A stretch of DNA of 64,000 bases, taken from positions 4,965-68,964 of the IMG/VR virus record IMGVR_UViG_3300012808_000024, one strand, 5' to 3'. Source of the DNA: a virus. Taxonomy: Duplodnaviria; Caudoviricetes. Under the pieces are notes generated by a model. The model did not search any database. It had not been told where the DNA came from and was given only the letters and a program-made list of their open reading frames with translations. Positions within the stretch are counted from its first letter, which is position 1. The number at the start of each line of letters is the position of its first letter. The translations under genes and the position numbers were made by a program. This document shows, piece by piece, positions 45,283-53,371 of the stretch.

Positions 45283-47465
45283 ACGTCGTCCTCCTCTGCG
45301 GCAAACCACCTGTCAACGTCTACTTTACGCATCCACCGTTCCGGGTTAATTTCAACGTCACAACGGACAGGACAACGTAGTTTAATCGCGTTTTCCATGG
45401 TTGACCGTATGTGTCCGAGAGCCTCTTCTGAAATATCCCGAGGGCAGTCGAATACCAACTCGTCATGTACTTGCAAAAGGATGTATACGTCATATAACGG
45501 TATTACGTGTTCCAAGTCGACCAACGCCCGTTTAAATATCGAACCAGCTCCAGCTTGAATCGGAAAGTTACCGGCCATACGCTGCGCCGAGAACACCTTC
45601 CACTTCTCCGTCGCCTTGATTTCTTCATGCAACCGCCGTTTCCGCCCGAGCAAGTCCGTAACGAATCCGGTCCTCATGACTGCGGCGTGCTGTTCATCCA
45701 TATACCGCTTGATGTTCGGATAGCCGCGAAAATAGTTATCAATAATCTTTTGCGCCTCAGCCTTCGTAATCTCCAGCGTGTCCGCCAGTTTACCTGCGCC
45801 CATCCCGTAAACAATCCCGAAGTTAACAATCTTCGCTTGCTTACGGAGTTTTTGGCACTCGTGGCCGTCCGTATCCTTCCAGCGCTCAATGTCTTCGTAA
45901 GTGTACTTTCCGTTCGAGATAAGAGCAGCCGTCGTGGAGTGGATGTCTCGGCCCTGCTCGAATGCCTCGATAAGCACTGTCTCGTTCGCCATATGCGCCA
46001 GGACGCGCAACTCAATCTGCGAGTAGTCGATGGATACAAGAATACGGTCAGGACTCGTGGCTTTGAACAGATGGCGGATTTCTGGCCGCTTTGCCGGAAT
46101 TTGCTGCGTATTAGGCGATTGGCATGTGAACCGACCAGTCGCCGCGCCCCAGGTGTTATGCCACGGGTGTATCTTCCCGTCACTCTTTACGGATTTCGGA
46201 AGCTTCGACGTAAAAGCCTGCCGTAACTTTCCTACGCCACGATATTCGAGAATCAACGGAATGACTTCGTGCGCCCGCTTAATCCGTTTAAGCGTCCGAA
46301 CACCTGTCGACCCTTTGTCGTGATCCGGTAACCGCAAGTCACCAAACAGCTTACGGGATAACTGCACAGGCGAGTTAAGGTTGATTTCTTCGCCAAGCAG
46401 CGAGTGAATCTTCGTCTGCAACTCGGCTTCCTCGACCGCAAACTTCGCGTCAAGTTCGGCGGCCATCTCGACATCGAACACGATCCCGCGTAAATCTGAC
46501 CGAATGAATTGACGGGCAACCGGCATTTCTACGTCAAATATTAAGCGTTTGATGCTCGCCAAGTCTGGTCGCTTATCGTACCAGCCGCAAATCCAGTCGT
46601 ACAGTTTCAGCGTCTTTTCTGTATCTGCGGCCGCATACGCCAAAGCCACGTCTAGCGAAATCTGGTTGAACGGAGTCTTGCCGAAAAGCTGGTCGAAATT
46701 GTCCCCCGGTAGCCGTAGCCAGTCCGTACACAAGTCTTTGAGACGGTGATTCCGGTTTTCGTCGAAGGCCATCGCCATAATCCGAGTATCTGCGTGAAGA
46801 ACATCGTGCAGATTTACGCCATATTGAACCGCGAACCACTTACAATCGAACGGCGCGTTATGCATGACGTTCGGGACCGTCTCAAGTAACGGCTGTAGTA
46901 CCTCGAATACACGGGCTGCTGGTAACTCTGTTACCTCGTCATGGTTTATCGGAACATAAAACGAATAGTCCCGCGTTGATACCGAGAACCCGGCCATTCT
47001 ACCAGTCCAAGGGTCAAGCGCACCGTCGGGATTTTCCGGTGTGCCGAACGTCTCGCAGTCAACAGCGATCATATCAGCGGATATGATTACGGCGGCCGCC
47101 CGCGCAAGACTCGCCTCGTCCGTAACAAGAAAGTAGTGTGACGGAGTATTTTCGACCATCTTACGCAGCGTTTCGGCCCGGTTCCGTTCATTCAACTCAG
47201 ACCATAACCGGAGCGCTTCCGCTTTACTAAACCGTTTAGAGGCTTGAGAGGGGACTCTACCTATAAGCCCCTCTGCCATAGCCTTACGGACTTGATGCAG
47301 CCTCTCCGTGTCCATGTCCGAATTTTTCATCGCCAGAATACGGTGCCAAGCGTCTTCTAACGATTCGATCGCCGCCTTCTTCCGCTCGACCGCTCCTTTT
47401 ACGGCAGCTTCCACGGTGCCCGTACTACTTGGGCTACGTATATGTGACGAGAGTTTTACGTCTAT
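45279..47465 (-). CDS. polA: Family A DNA polymerase with 3'-5' exonuclease; start ATA 47465 or GTG 47414
   Basis: AVDCET, HNAPFD, YAAADT, DYSQIELRVLAH, K.VNFGIVYG, QVHDEL. Confidence 0.95.
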   Translation of the reverse strand: MDVKLSSHIRSPSSTGTVEAAVKGAVERKKAAIESLEDAWHRILAMKNSDMDTERLHQVRKAMAEGLIGRVPSQASKRFSKAEALRLWSELNERNRAETLRKMVENTPSHYFLVTDEASLARAAAVIISADMIAVDCETFGTPENPDGALDPWTGRMAGFSVSTRDYSFYVPINHDEVTELPAARVFEVLQPLLETVPNVMHNAPFDCKWFAVQYGVNLHDVLHADTRIMAMAFDENRNHRLKDLCTDWLRLPGDNFDQLFGKTPFNQISLDVALAYAAADTEKTLKLYDWICGWYDKRPDLASIKRLIFDVEMPVARQFIRSDLRGIVFDVEMAAELDAKFAVEEAELQTKIHSLLGEEINLNSPVQLSRKLFGDLRLPDHDKGSTGVRTLKRIKRAHEVIPLILEYRGVGKLRQAFTSKLPKSVKSDGKIHPWHNTWGAATGRFTCQSPNTQQIPAKRPEIRHLFKATSPDRILVSIDYSQIELRVLAHMANETVLIEAFEQGRDIHSTTAALISNGKYTYEDIERWKDTDGHECQKLRKQAKIVNFGIVYGMGAGKLADTLEITKAEAQKIIDNYFRGYPNIKRYMDEQHAAVMRTGFVTDLLGRKRRLHEEIKATEKWKVFSAQRMAGNFPIQAGAGSIFKRALVDLEHVIPLYDVYILLQVHDELVFDCPRDISEEALGHIRSTMENAIKLRCPVRCDVEINPERWMRKVDVDRWFAAEEDDV

Positions 47466-47785
47466 CTTTCGTCGCCCCCTTTGTCAAAGCGCTGCTCGAC
47501 TGGTACTACGAGTTTGACGTTACAATAGAGTCCGTACCCATAAAGGATAACCTTCGGATTCTCGACTGTATCATATTCGACGTAGCCTACTGCTCCTGTC
47601 GGATGTCCGTTAGTAATTCCGCCCTCTACATAGACAACCTCCACGACATCTCCCGCCTTATATTCGCCTACCTCGCGCCCAATCGCCGCCCACTTAGCGC
47701 GCTCCCTTTCTTCCGCCGCCGCCTTCCGTTCGATCTCCGCTACCCTCCGATACTTGACTCCGTTAATCTCGATAATTTCATCCAT
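47462..47785 (-). CDS. Hypothetical protein
   Basis: AAAGGAG RBS. Confidence 0.65.
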   Translation of the reverse strand: MDEIIEINGVKYRRVAEIERKAAAEERERAKWAAIGREVGEYKAGDVVEVVYVEGGITNGHPTGAVGYVEYDTVENPKVILYGYGLYCNVKLVVPVEQRFDKGGDER

Positions 47786-47805
47786 CTATAAATCGCTCCT
47801 TTTCG

Positions 47806-48000
47806 TTAATTTATCGTCAAGTCAGCGCCAATTACGCCGTGTGACTCGTAAAACTGAGCGTAAGCAAGCCGTTTGGCGCAACTACCGTCATGTACGATTT
47901 CACCGGAGTATGACCGCCTAACCTCGTCGCCCACGTAAACCTCTCCGCCGCACCAGGCGCATTTTTCGATTGCTGGAGCCTCTGCGGGATCACGAAGCAT
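47806..48000 (-). CDS. Small Zn-finger protein
   Basis: CAWCGGE..H..SC. Confidence 0.65.
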   Translation of the reverse strand: MLRDPAEAPAIEKCAWCGGEVYVGDEVRRSYSGEIVHDGSCAKRLAYAQFYESHGVIGADLTIN

Positions 48001-48451
48001 ACGTAACATCTCCGGCGGCCGTGTTCACGGTATAAAACTCCCGCTGAATCCCGAGCGGCAGTTCAAACCATCGGTCGGCCGCCGTAGTCTCTGTCGCCCA
48101 ATACTCGGAAATCCCTCGATTCGGGAACATCCAAGCCCGCGGGGTTACGGCAGGCTTCCCGTCTGCCTCCGGCTTACCGCCCAATATGCCGATAATATAG
48201 TCGGCCTCGGGCTGGCTGTACGGTTTGCCGTTCCCCTTCCGGGCATAGACGACCATCTCGTTACGGCGGTCTGCCCGTAGCAGAATCGTCTTGACCTGAA
48301 ACGTCTTCCACTCGGCCGAAACCGGGTCACGCGCTACAATATCGTAACTTTCGCGCGTCTCCGGCTTCGCAACCGCCCATCCAGCGCACATTAACGCTGT
48401 CCTTGCGATTGACTCCGATACTGATCCGACAACTTCCGAAATATGTGCCGT
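47990..48451 (-). CDS. PD-(D/E)XK nuclease-like protein; start ACG 48451 (or ATG 48469)
   Basis: SE..A..AL...GW.V..P....YDIV..FQVKT. Confidence 0.7.
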   Translation of the reverse strand, partial: TAHISEVVGSVSESIARTALMCAGWAVAKPETRESYDIVARDPVSAEWKTFQVKTILLRADRRNEMVVYARKGNGKPYSQPEADYIIGILGGKPEADGKPAVTPRAWMFPNRGISEYWATETTAADRWFELPLGIQREFYTVNTAAGDVTYAS

Positions 48452-48452
48452 A

Positions 48453-48557
48453 TTAATCACGCTCCCCATCGTCTGTTGCTGTGCTTACGGGGATTGGCGG
48501 TTTATACCCGCCGCCTCCCACTGCTGTTACCGGTCTTTCCAACGTAAGTGTACTCAC
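48453..48557 (-). CDS. Small peptide MSTLTLERPVTAVGGGGYKPP...GERD (34 aa, not in track)
   Basis: GGGAGGGAG 8 nt before GTG; its stop abuts the next start. Confidence 0.4.
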   Translation of the reverse strand: MSTLTLERPVTAVGGGGYKPPIPVSTATDDGERD

Positions 48558-48575
48558 TGTACCTACTCCCTCCCG

Positions 48576-49358
48576 TTAAAAATTCACCGGAGGACCGTCG
48601 CCCGTTACTGGAGGCGCATCTTCGTCATTCGGCGTATTCGCTGCTCCGATACTCAGCCCGAGTCGACCGATGTCAAACCCCGCAATGACGAGATTTTTCG
48701 TCTGCTCCGCCTCATCAGCCTCAAACAAAAATCCGTCAAAGGCTGCGAAGTCAAACGACTTGCCGTCAAGCTTGGCGAAGTTGGCGCGTTCGGCCTCCGT
48801 CAAATCCTCGTCCATATCAAGGATTGGCGTAAGTGTAACGGCTGTGTCCGTGCTGCTGCCCGTCTTGGACAGTTCAAACGCCAGTTTGTCGAGCTTCTTC
48901 GCGTACTTCGCAATGGCTGCGAATACGCCTTTCGACTGCTTCGGCGTCAGATCCACGAAACCGAACTCTCCCGTCTCCAGATTGCCGAATCCGATCAAAT
49001 AACGAGGCTTGGATTTAAGAAAATACGCTTGTTTGCGAATGTCTTCCGCGCCCTTCTCGTCGCCCGCGTCTTTTGCGGCCTTGGCATCAGCGTAAAGCAG
49101 GTCGGCTGCCTGATCCCATACGGACGGGTTCGCGGTCACGTAGCCTTTTGCGTTACGTTCGGCAGGCGTCTTCGGTACGAACGTATTGACTTTGCCGAAG
49201 ATTCCATGCGCGTAATACTCTACCGAGTCCTCCGCAGACAGAACACGTACTTTCAACGTTGTTCCCGATGGAAATGGCACGTGTGCGCTGCTACCGGAAT
49301 CCTTCTCGGCTGTTGCGGAATTTACGGCTGCCGCGCCGCGTTTCGTAAAATGACTCAC
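48576..49358 (-). CDS. Phage single-stranded DNA-binding protein (putative)
   Basis: In the pol operon; acidic C-terminus ending in F; family recognised from related Bacillota phages. Confidence 0.65.
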   Translation of the reverse strand: MSHFTKRGAAAVNSATAEKDSGSSAHVPFPSGTTLKVRVLSAEDSVEYYAHGIFGKVNTFVPKTPAERNAKGYVTANPSVWDQAADLLYADAKAAKDAGDEKGAEDIRKQAYFLKSKPRYLIGFGNLETGEFGFVDLTPKQSKGVFAAIAKYAKKLDKLAFELSKTGSSTDTAVTLTPILDMDEDLTEAERANFAKLDGKSFDFAAFDGFLFEADEAEQTKNLVIAGFDIGRLGLSIGAANTPNDEDAPPVTGDGPPVNF

Positions 49359-49386
49359 TCAATCACGTTCCTTTACGTTTTATTTT

Positions 49387-49523
49387 CGGGCAACTCTCCG
49401 CCCGCTGGACGATAGTAACGAGGCTAGCGCTCCTACCGATCCCTAACCGCTAACGAAGCGGTAAAGAACCGAAAGGACTCGTTACTATCGCCTAGCCGAC
49501 GGGGGACTTTCGTCCCGCTAGGC
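49387..49523 (-). ncRNA. Structured leader RNA upstream of ssb
   Basis: 13-bp perfect stem 49410-49422/49478-49490 with nested helices; GCCTAGC/GCTAGGC stem capped by GGGAC-GAAA-GTCCC; CGGGC/GCCCG hairpin. Confidence 0.6.
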
Positions 49524-49524
49524 T

Positions 49525-50097
49525 TTACGTCACGAAGGCACATACGCCTTTCGCAAACGTAGTCTTTTCCCGCGTAACTCTGCGGATACTCTCGTTAATG
49601 CCCGTGATCTCTACGTCAATTTCTGCTATCCTATCCGTTAGCTTCTCGAACACGCGCTTACTGTTCGTTTTAAGCTTTCGCAATTCAGCCTCGGCTCGCT
49701 CAACGGCCAATTCCGCTTTTGCGATCGATAGCCGTTTAATCTCGGCGGCTTCTTTACGCTGTGCCTTCCGCAGTTCGCGGATTAGTGTCTTCTCCACGGA
49801 TTCGCGGAGTTCTTCCGGCGCAAGCGTCTGAGGGTATAGCGTAATCACTGTGTCGGAGTCCGGCGCAATTACGTAAGCAACACCTTGATGTGCGAACAAT
49901 CTCCCCGGATTCCCGTCGTCAGACAGCACGTTACTATCTACGAGAGTGGACTTGAGTACACGATTTACGACGTATAAAGCAGCGGCCTCTTGCTTAACTC
50001 CGAAATGATCGACTGCCCGCCTAATCGCGTGCGGCGTTACGGTGATTTTCCGTCCCCTAAAATGCTCCCCGGCCGATGGATCGAAAATTGCCGTCAT
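49525..50097 (-). CDS. Hypothetical protein (TPHAIRR N-terminal domain + coiled coil)
   Basis: GGGGTGA RBS; ATGA coupling. Confidence 0.7.
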   Translation of the reverse strand: MTAIFDPSAGEHFRGRKITVTPHAIRRAVDHFGVKQEAAALYVVNRVLKSTLVDSNVLSDDGNPGRLFAHQGVAYVIAPDSDTVITLYPQTLAPEELRESVEKTLIRELRKAQRKEAAEIKRLSIAKAELAVERAEAELRKLKTNSKRVFEKLTDRIAEIDVEITGINESIRRVTREKTTFAKGVCAFVT

Positions 50098-50264
50098 CCG
50101 AGTCTCACCCCTTTCAAGCCACCGCGACGACGAATCGTATCGCCTACGGTCGTTTTCGGGACTGCAGGTAGTTGTGCGCTTTGATTCGTTAACTCTTCGT
50201 CATCTTTCGTTACAATCACGGATTGATCCGTGTACTTCCGCCACATTTCCGTCACTTTTCGCAT
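50094..50264 (-). CDS. Small protein MRKVTEMWRKY...GGLKGVRLG (56 aa, not in track)
   Basis: GGAGG upstream; TGA overlaps next ATG. Confidence 0.55.
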   Translation of the reverse strand: MRKVTEMWRKYTDQSVIVTKDDEELTNQSAQLPAVPKTTVGDTIRRRGGLKGVRLG

Positions 50265-50294
50265 GGATAAATAGGCCTCCAGTCTGACAAATTA

Positions 50295-50324
50295 TTGACA
50301 ATTGAGACAAGGTGCATTTATAAT
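50295..50324 (+). promoter_or_regulatory. Consensus SigA promoter TTGACA-18-TATAAT, opposite to flanking genes
   Basis: Exact hexamers at 50295-50300 and 50319-50324. Confidence 0.7.
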
Positions 50325-50492
50325 AGGAACATATACGGCTTGGAATACAATGATTTCCAACGGGCAGCCGTTTACCTACAGGCTGTTCGTGGTATAATTA
50401 ACGTAAGTCAGAGTTTATCGGCACAATACCTAAGTGTCGATCCTCTCTTGGTATGTCAGATTGCTATTTACGGCAATCTGCGCATATAATAA

Positions 50493-50539
50493 AGTTGGAA
50501 CGGCTGGCGGCCGTTTGATTGACCGCCGTTGTTCCGACT
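50493..50539. terminator. Long hairpin after sigma gene
   Basis: AGTTGGAACGGC..GGCGG / CCGCCGTTGTTCCGACT, followed by TTTATT on minus strand. Confidence 0.6.
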
Positions 50540-50540
50540 G

Positions 50541-51116
50541 TTAAACGACAAGATAGTCGCGGTAATCACCAAAACGACTGGAGTCGTAATTGCGTGCTAA
50601 TTTGCGAAGCTTGCGTTTAACAACCTCGTGGTGAAGTCCTAGCGCTTTGGCGAGCGCCGTGATGGACGGATACTGCGAAAACTCTGAGACGATTAACCTC
50701 GTTTCAGGGTCGACCTGGGAAGGGTCATTATTTACAAGGAAGTCGATCAGTTGGCGCTGGTCGGCTTCTTTTATTTTCAAAACCTCGTCCTCAACTGTTT
50801 CGTTAGCAACAACTTCGAATTTCGGAGCATCGGTTTCGTCAGTGCTCGCAGTTGAATCCAGAAACCCTCGCCTCCTATGGTAATTCCCTTCTTTAAACCT
50901 CAAAACGTCCACTGCCCTTTTCTTTAAACAGCCGTAAAGCCACGTCCTTAGAACTGCTCCTTTATTAGCGTTGAAATCTCTGTAAGCTAACCATAGTTCC
51001 TCGTTTAACTGACTGATAAATTCGGCTATGGGTATTCCCGATACTTTGTGGTACCTAATACTGATACTTAGAATATCTCTTTTTGAGGATTCAAACAATT
51101 CATCAAAACTCTGCAT
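50541..51116 (-). CDS. Phage sigma-70 family (ECF-like) sigma factor
   Basis: Region 2 (ELWLA..DFN..G..LRTWLY..L...AVD.LR) and C-terminal HTH (ITALAKALGLHH..VKRKL). Confidence 0.8.
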   Translation of the reverse strand: MQSFDELFESSKRDILSISIRYHKVSGIPIAEFISQLNEELWLAYRDFNANKGAVLRTWLYGCLKKRAVDVLRFKEGNYHRRRGFLDSTASTDETDAPKFEVVANETVEDEVLKIKEADQRQLIDFLVNNDPSQVDPETRLIVSEFSQYPSITALAKALGLHHEVVKRKLRKLARNYDSSRFGDYRDYLVV

Positions 51117-51149
51117 CCTGTACTCAACTCCTTTTATGCTTGTGTAGTA

Positions 51150-51184
51150 TTATTCGTGGTCACGAAGTAGCTTCGCACACTTTT
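51150..51184 (-). promoter_or_regulatory. Candidate phage-sigma promoter AAAAGTGTGCGAAG-N12-CACGAATAA
   Basis: Both boxes and spacing identical to 62020-62054. Confidence 0.7.
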
Positions 51185-51233
51185 CAAGAAAAATATGCTA
51201 AAATATTTTTGAATCATCTATAGGGGAGGTAGC

Positions 51234-51455
51234 GTGTTGCGTCTCATTCCAGACGTCTGCCTACTCGACGAGTGTCTACTGGCTGCGGGGATGACTCGTA
51301 GCCAACTAGCACGTAAAACAAATCTAGACCGACGATACCTCTCTCGGGTTGCTAACGGCGATATTACAGTTATGTCCCTTCCGATCGCTGTATTAATTGC
51401 GGACGCAATCGGGTGCAGCCCGAGAGATTTGTACGTATGGGAGATTAGTCGTTGA
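51234..51455 (+). CDS. Xre-family HTH protein (fifth gene of the Agr-like cassette)
   Basis: GMTRSQLARKTNLDRRYLSRVANG..MSL..A..IADAIGCSPRDLY; GGGAGG RBS. Confidence 0.9.
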   Translation: MLRLIPDVCLLDECLLAAGMTRSQLARKTNLDRRYLSRVANGDITVMSLPIAVLIADAIGCSPRDLYVWEISR

Positions 51456-51650
51456 GTAGCGGCTTCCAATCGGTAAACTGTTATTTGGTTTACCGTGACG
51501 AATATGTCTACTCTAGATGAGACATATATACGTAGACCGTCCGAAAAGCCTATTACCATACCCCTTATATATTGTCAAGAAAAATACAGTTTACCGAATC
51601 CAGATAACTGATTATGTTGTCTGGGTGGTATAATTAAAGGTTACTACATT

Positions 51651-52055
51651 TTACAAATTTTCGGAAGCTACGTTGCTCTTGATGAATTTTCCTTGACAGC
51701 ACGTCTGCCCTGTGCTGTTGGGAATAATTACATCTTTACGCTGCTTTGCCGAAACCGGCGCATATACCGCGCCCTTGCTCGCTGGTTCAGGCTCGAAAAA
51801 AATACGTTTCGTCCCCTCGTCAAAGTACTCCGCGTTATCCATATTAACCGCGTAACAGCGGTCTACCTTACGGAATCCCTGCGCCGCCAACATCCTCTCG
51901 TGTTCCTCAAACGTCGATACTTGCGGGAATAACCCCTCCGCCGTCTGATAATATACGCTTCCCTTGAAACTACGCATGAATAGTACGTCCTCGATGCGTA
52001 GGAATATGACGTCAAATTCCGTCTTGCTGTATCGCTTGACTACGGGTATTTGCAT
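51651..52055 (-). CDS. Stand-alone LytTR DNA-binding protein (no receiver domain)
   Basis: IEDVLF..S..GSV.Y.T..G, TFEE.E..L...GFRKVDRCYAVNM. Confidence 0.9.
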   Translation of the reverse strand: MQIPVVKRYSKTEFDVIFLRIEDVLFMRSFKGSVYYQTAEGLFPQVSTFEEHERMLAAQGFRKVDRCYAVNMDNAEYFDEGTKRIFFEPEPASKGAVYAPVSAKQRKDVIIPNSTGQTCCQGKFIKSNVASENL

Positions 52056-52057
52056 AT

Positions 52058-52189
52058 CTAGGCTCCTTTACGCCGCAACTCCTCCGGGATTTCCGGCTGG
52101 TGCAGCAGAAAGTATGATGCCGTGAGAACAAACATAGCCGACACACCTATCAATACCGTAGACACTAACGTAAACAATCTCTTTTTCAA
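52058..52189 (-). CDS. agrD: Cyclic lactone autoinducer propeptide MKKRLFTLVSTVLIGVSAMFVLTASYFLLHQPEIPEELRRKGA (not in track)
   Basis: TTG overlaps agrB TGA (TTGA); GGGAG RBS; amphipathic leader, ASxxxx core, HQPExPEEL tail. Confidence 0.9.
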   Translation of the reverse strand: MKKRLFTLVSTVLIGVSAMFVLTASYFLLHQPEIPEELRRKGA

Positions 52190-52719
52190 ACGAATCTCCC
52201 CCTAATGTACGGCAGCATTAGCGCTGCCTGAATGGTATATGTTATCGCAAGTAACTCGGAGCCAATGGCGAAATTGGCGGCAACCATGCCGAATGCTATC
52301 GCCTTGAGCAACGGATAATACTGCTCCGGTATCCTCGCGTATTTATCGAAATTGCACGGCGCTAATATCACCATAACTACGCACGATCCGGCTGTTAGCC
52401 CGTAAGTTAAGGCGCTGGAAATTGGTACTAGCGGGATTACAGCGAGTAGGCCGATGGATGCTACGGAACACCAAACGCTAGATTTTAGATGGAATCCGCC
52501 TGATACGTATCGGATAGCGCAGAACGCCACTAACACAAGGGCAGTCTCCGCGAGCGTTCCGATAATGCTCCCTATCACAAGCGCCGCCACTATGGTTAGA
52601 GCCGTGCTGAATATGATATGTAACGCATATTTGATTACGGCTACTGACGGAGGCGATGCGCCCGAGTCTCGAATTTTACCGTGGAGTCCTACCGCTATCT
52701 TTTGCAGCTTTCCCGTCAT
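52186..52719 (-). CDS. agrB: AgrB-family peptide-processing membrane protease
   Basis: IRYVSGGFHLKSS..C catalytic motif, ILAP; multiple TMs. Confidence 0.92.
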   Translation of the reverse strand: MTGKLQKIAVGLHGKIRDSGASPPSVAVIKYALHIIFSTALTIVAALVIGSIIGTLAETALVLVAFCAIRYVSGGFHLKSSVWCSVASIGLLAVIPLVPISSALTYGLTAGSCVVMVILAPCNFDKYARIPEQYYPLLKAIAFGMVAANFAIGSELLAITYTIQAALMLPYIRGRFV

Positions 52720-53371
52720 TATATCGATCCTTTCGCACGGAATAATATATCAGAAACGGAGTCGTGACCGCGAAAAGCGCACTTGCTACGATCGCGTATT
52801 CCGTGTAGTTATTGCGTAGCACCAGCGCAGCTATGACAGCCGCCGTTAGCGTCGTAATAATACTAGCTAGTATTAAAGCGTTAAGGCCAGTAACGGGGAC
52901 GTAAGCCCGTCTATCAGGCGGTACGAAATCGAATCCAAGGTTGAGTAATACAATAGTGCGTGCGATTGCTACGACTAAGAATGCGGTTAGGAGAATGACT
53001 AATGCGGTGAGTGTTGACGATTGTTGAACGGCCTTCATCGGCAGCCCTGTAGAGTTGAGCGTGATCAATACCGCTCCTTGTACGACGAATCCCACGATAA
53101 AGCCCACGAAATTCATCAAAATTGAGTAGTACCACGGCACCTTAAACAGTAGCCATAGTACGAACATCATCACGACCAATTGTATGTACGAGGACAAGTC
53201 GCCTATGTCCTCAGAAAGCCTCGTAATATATGAAACCTGGCTCATCATTACGCAGACAATGATGGTGGTGATTAGCCGCTCCATTATATCGAAACGGAAA
53301 AGCGCAAACATAAGCATAAATACGGAAAAGTACTCAATTACTGACGACCCCGTAAACAGTAGATAATCCAC
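52676..53371 (-). CDS. Multi-pass membrane protein resembling an AgrC sensor domain without kinase
   Basis: About 7 hydrophobic segments; no HisKA/HATPase motifs; GGAGG RBS; first gene of cassette. Confidence 0.75.
   Translation of the reverse strand: MDYLLFTGSSVIEYFSVFMLMFALFRFDIMERLITTIIVCVMMSQVSYITRLSEDIGDLSSYIQLVVMMFVLWLLFKVPWYYSILMNFVGFIVGFVVQGAVLITLNSTGLPMKAVQQSSTLTALVILLTAFLVVAIARTIVLLNLGFDFVPPDRRAYVPVTGLNALILASIITTLTAAVIAALVLRNNYTEYAIVASALFAVTTPFLIYYSVRKDRYNDGKAAKDSGRTPR

Noticed and set aside
40866-47465. Introns or inteins in nrdE, polA (also terL)
   Set aside because: Proteins are of ordinary length with contiguous motifs
49496-49520. GGGAC-GAAA-GTCCC as hammerhead stem II
   Set aside because: No CUGANGA core adjacent; treated as a tetraloop hairpin
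49525-50264. Toxin-antitoxin pair (TPHAIRR RelE-like N-terminus plus small upstream gene)
   Set aside because: Resemblance is too weak, and the long coiled-coil tail and pol-operon position argue for a conserved replication-module gene
50295-50489. 64-aa + strand ORF in track
   Set aside because: Its TTG is the -35 box of a consensus promoter and there is no RBS
51208-51217. Possible self-target of the mini-array spacer (TTT + GAATCAT) in the sigma/Xre promoter gap
   Set aside because: Only 7 nt match with a non-canonical PAM; expected by chance in 64 kb
51234-53371. Arbitrium (aimR/aimP) system
   Set aside because: No TPR-HTH receptor; components are Agr-type
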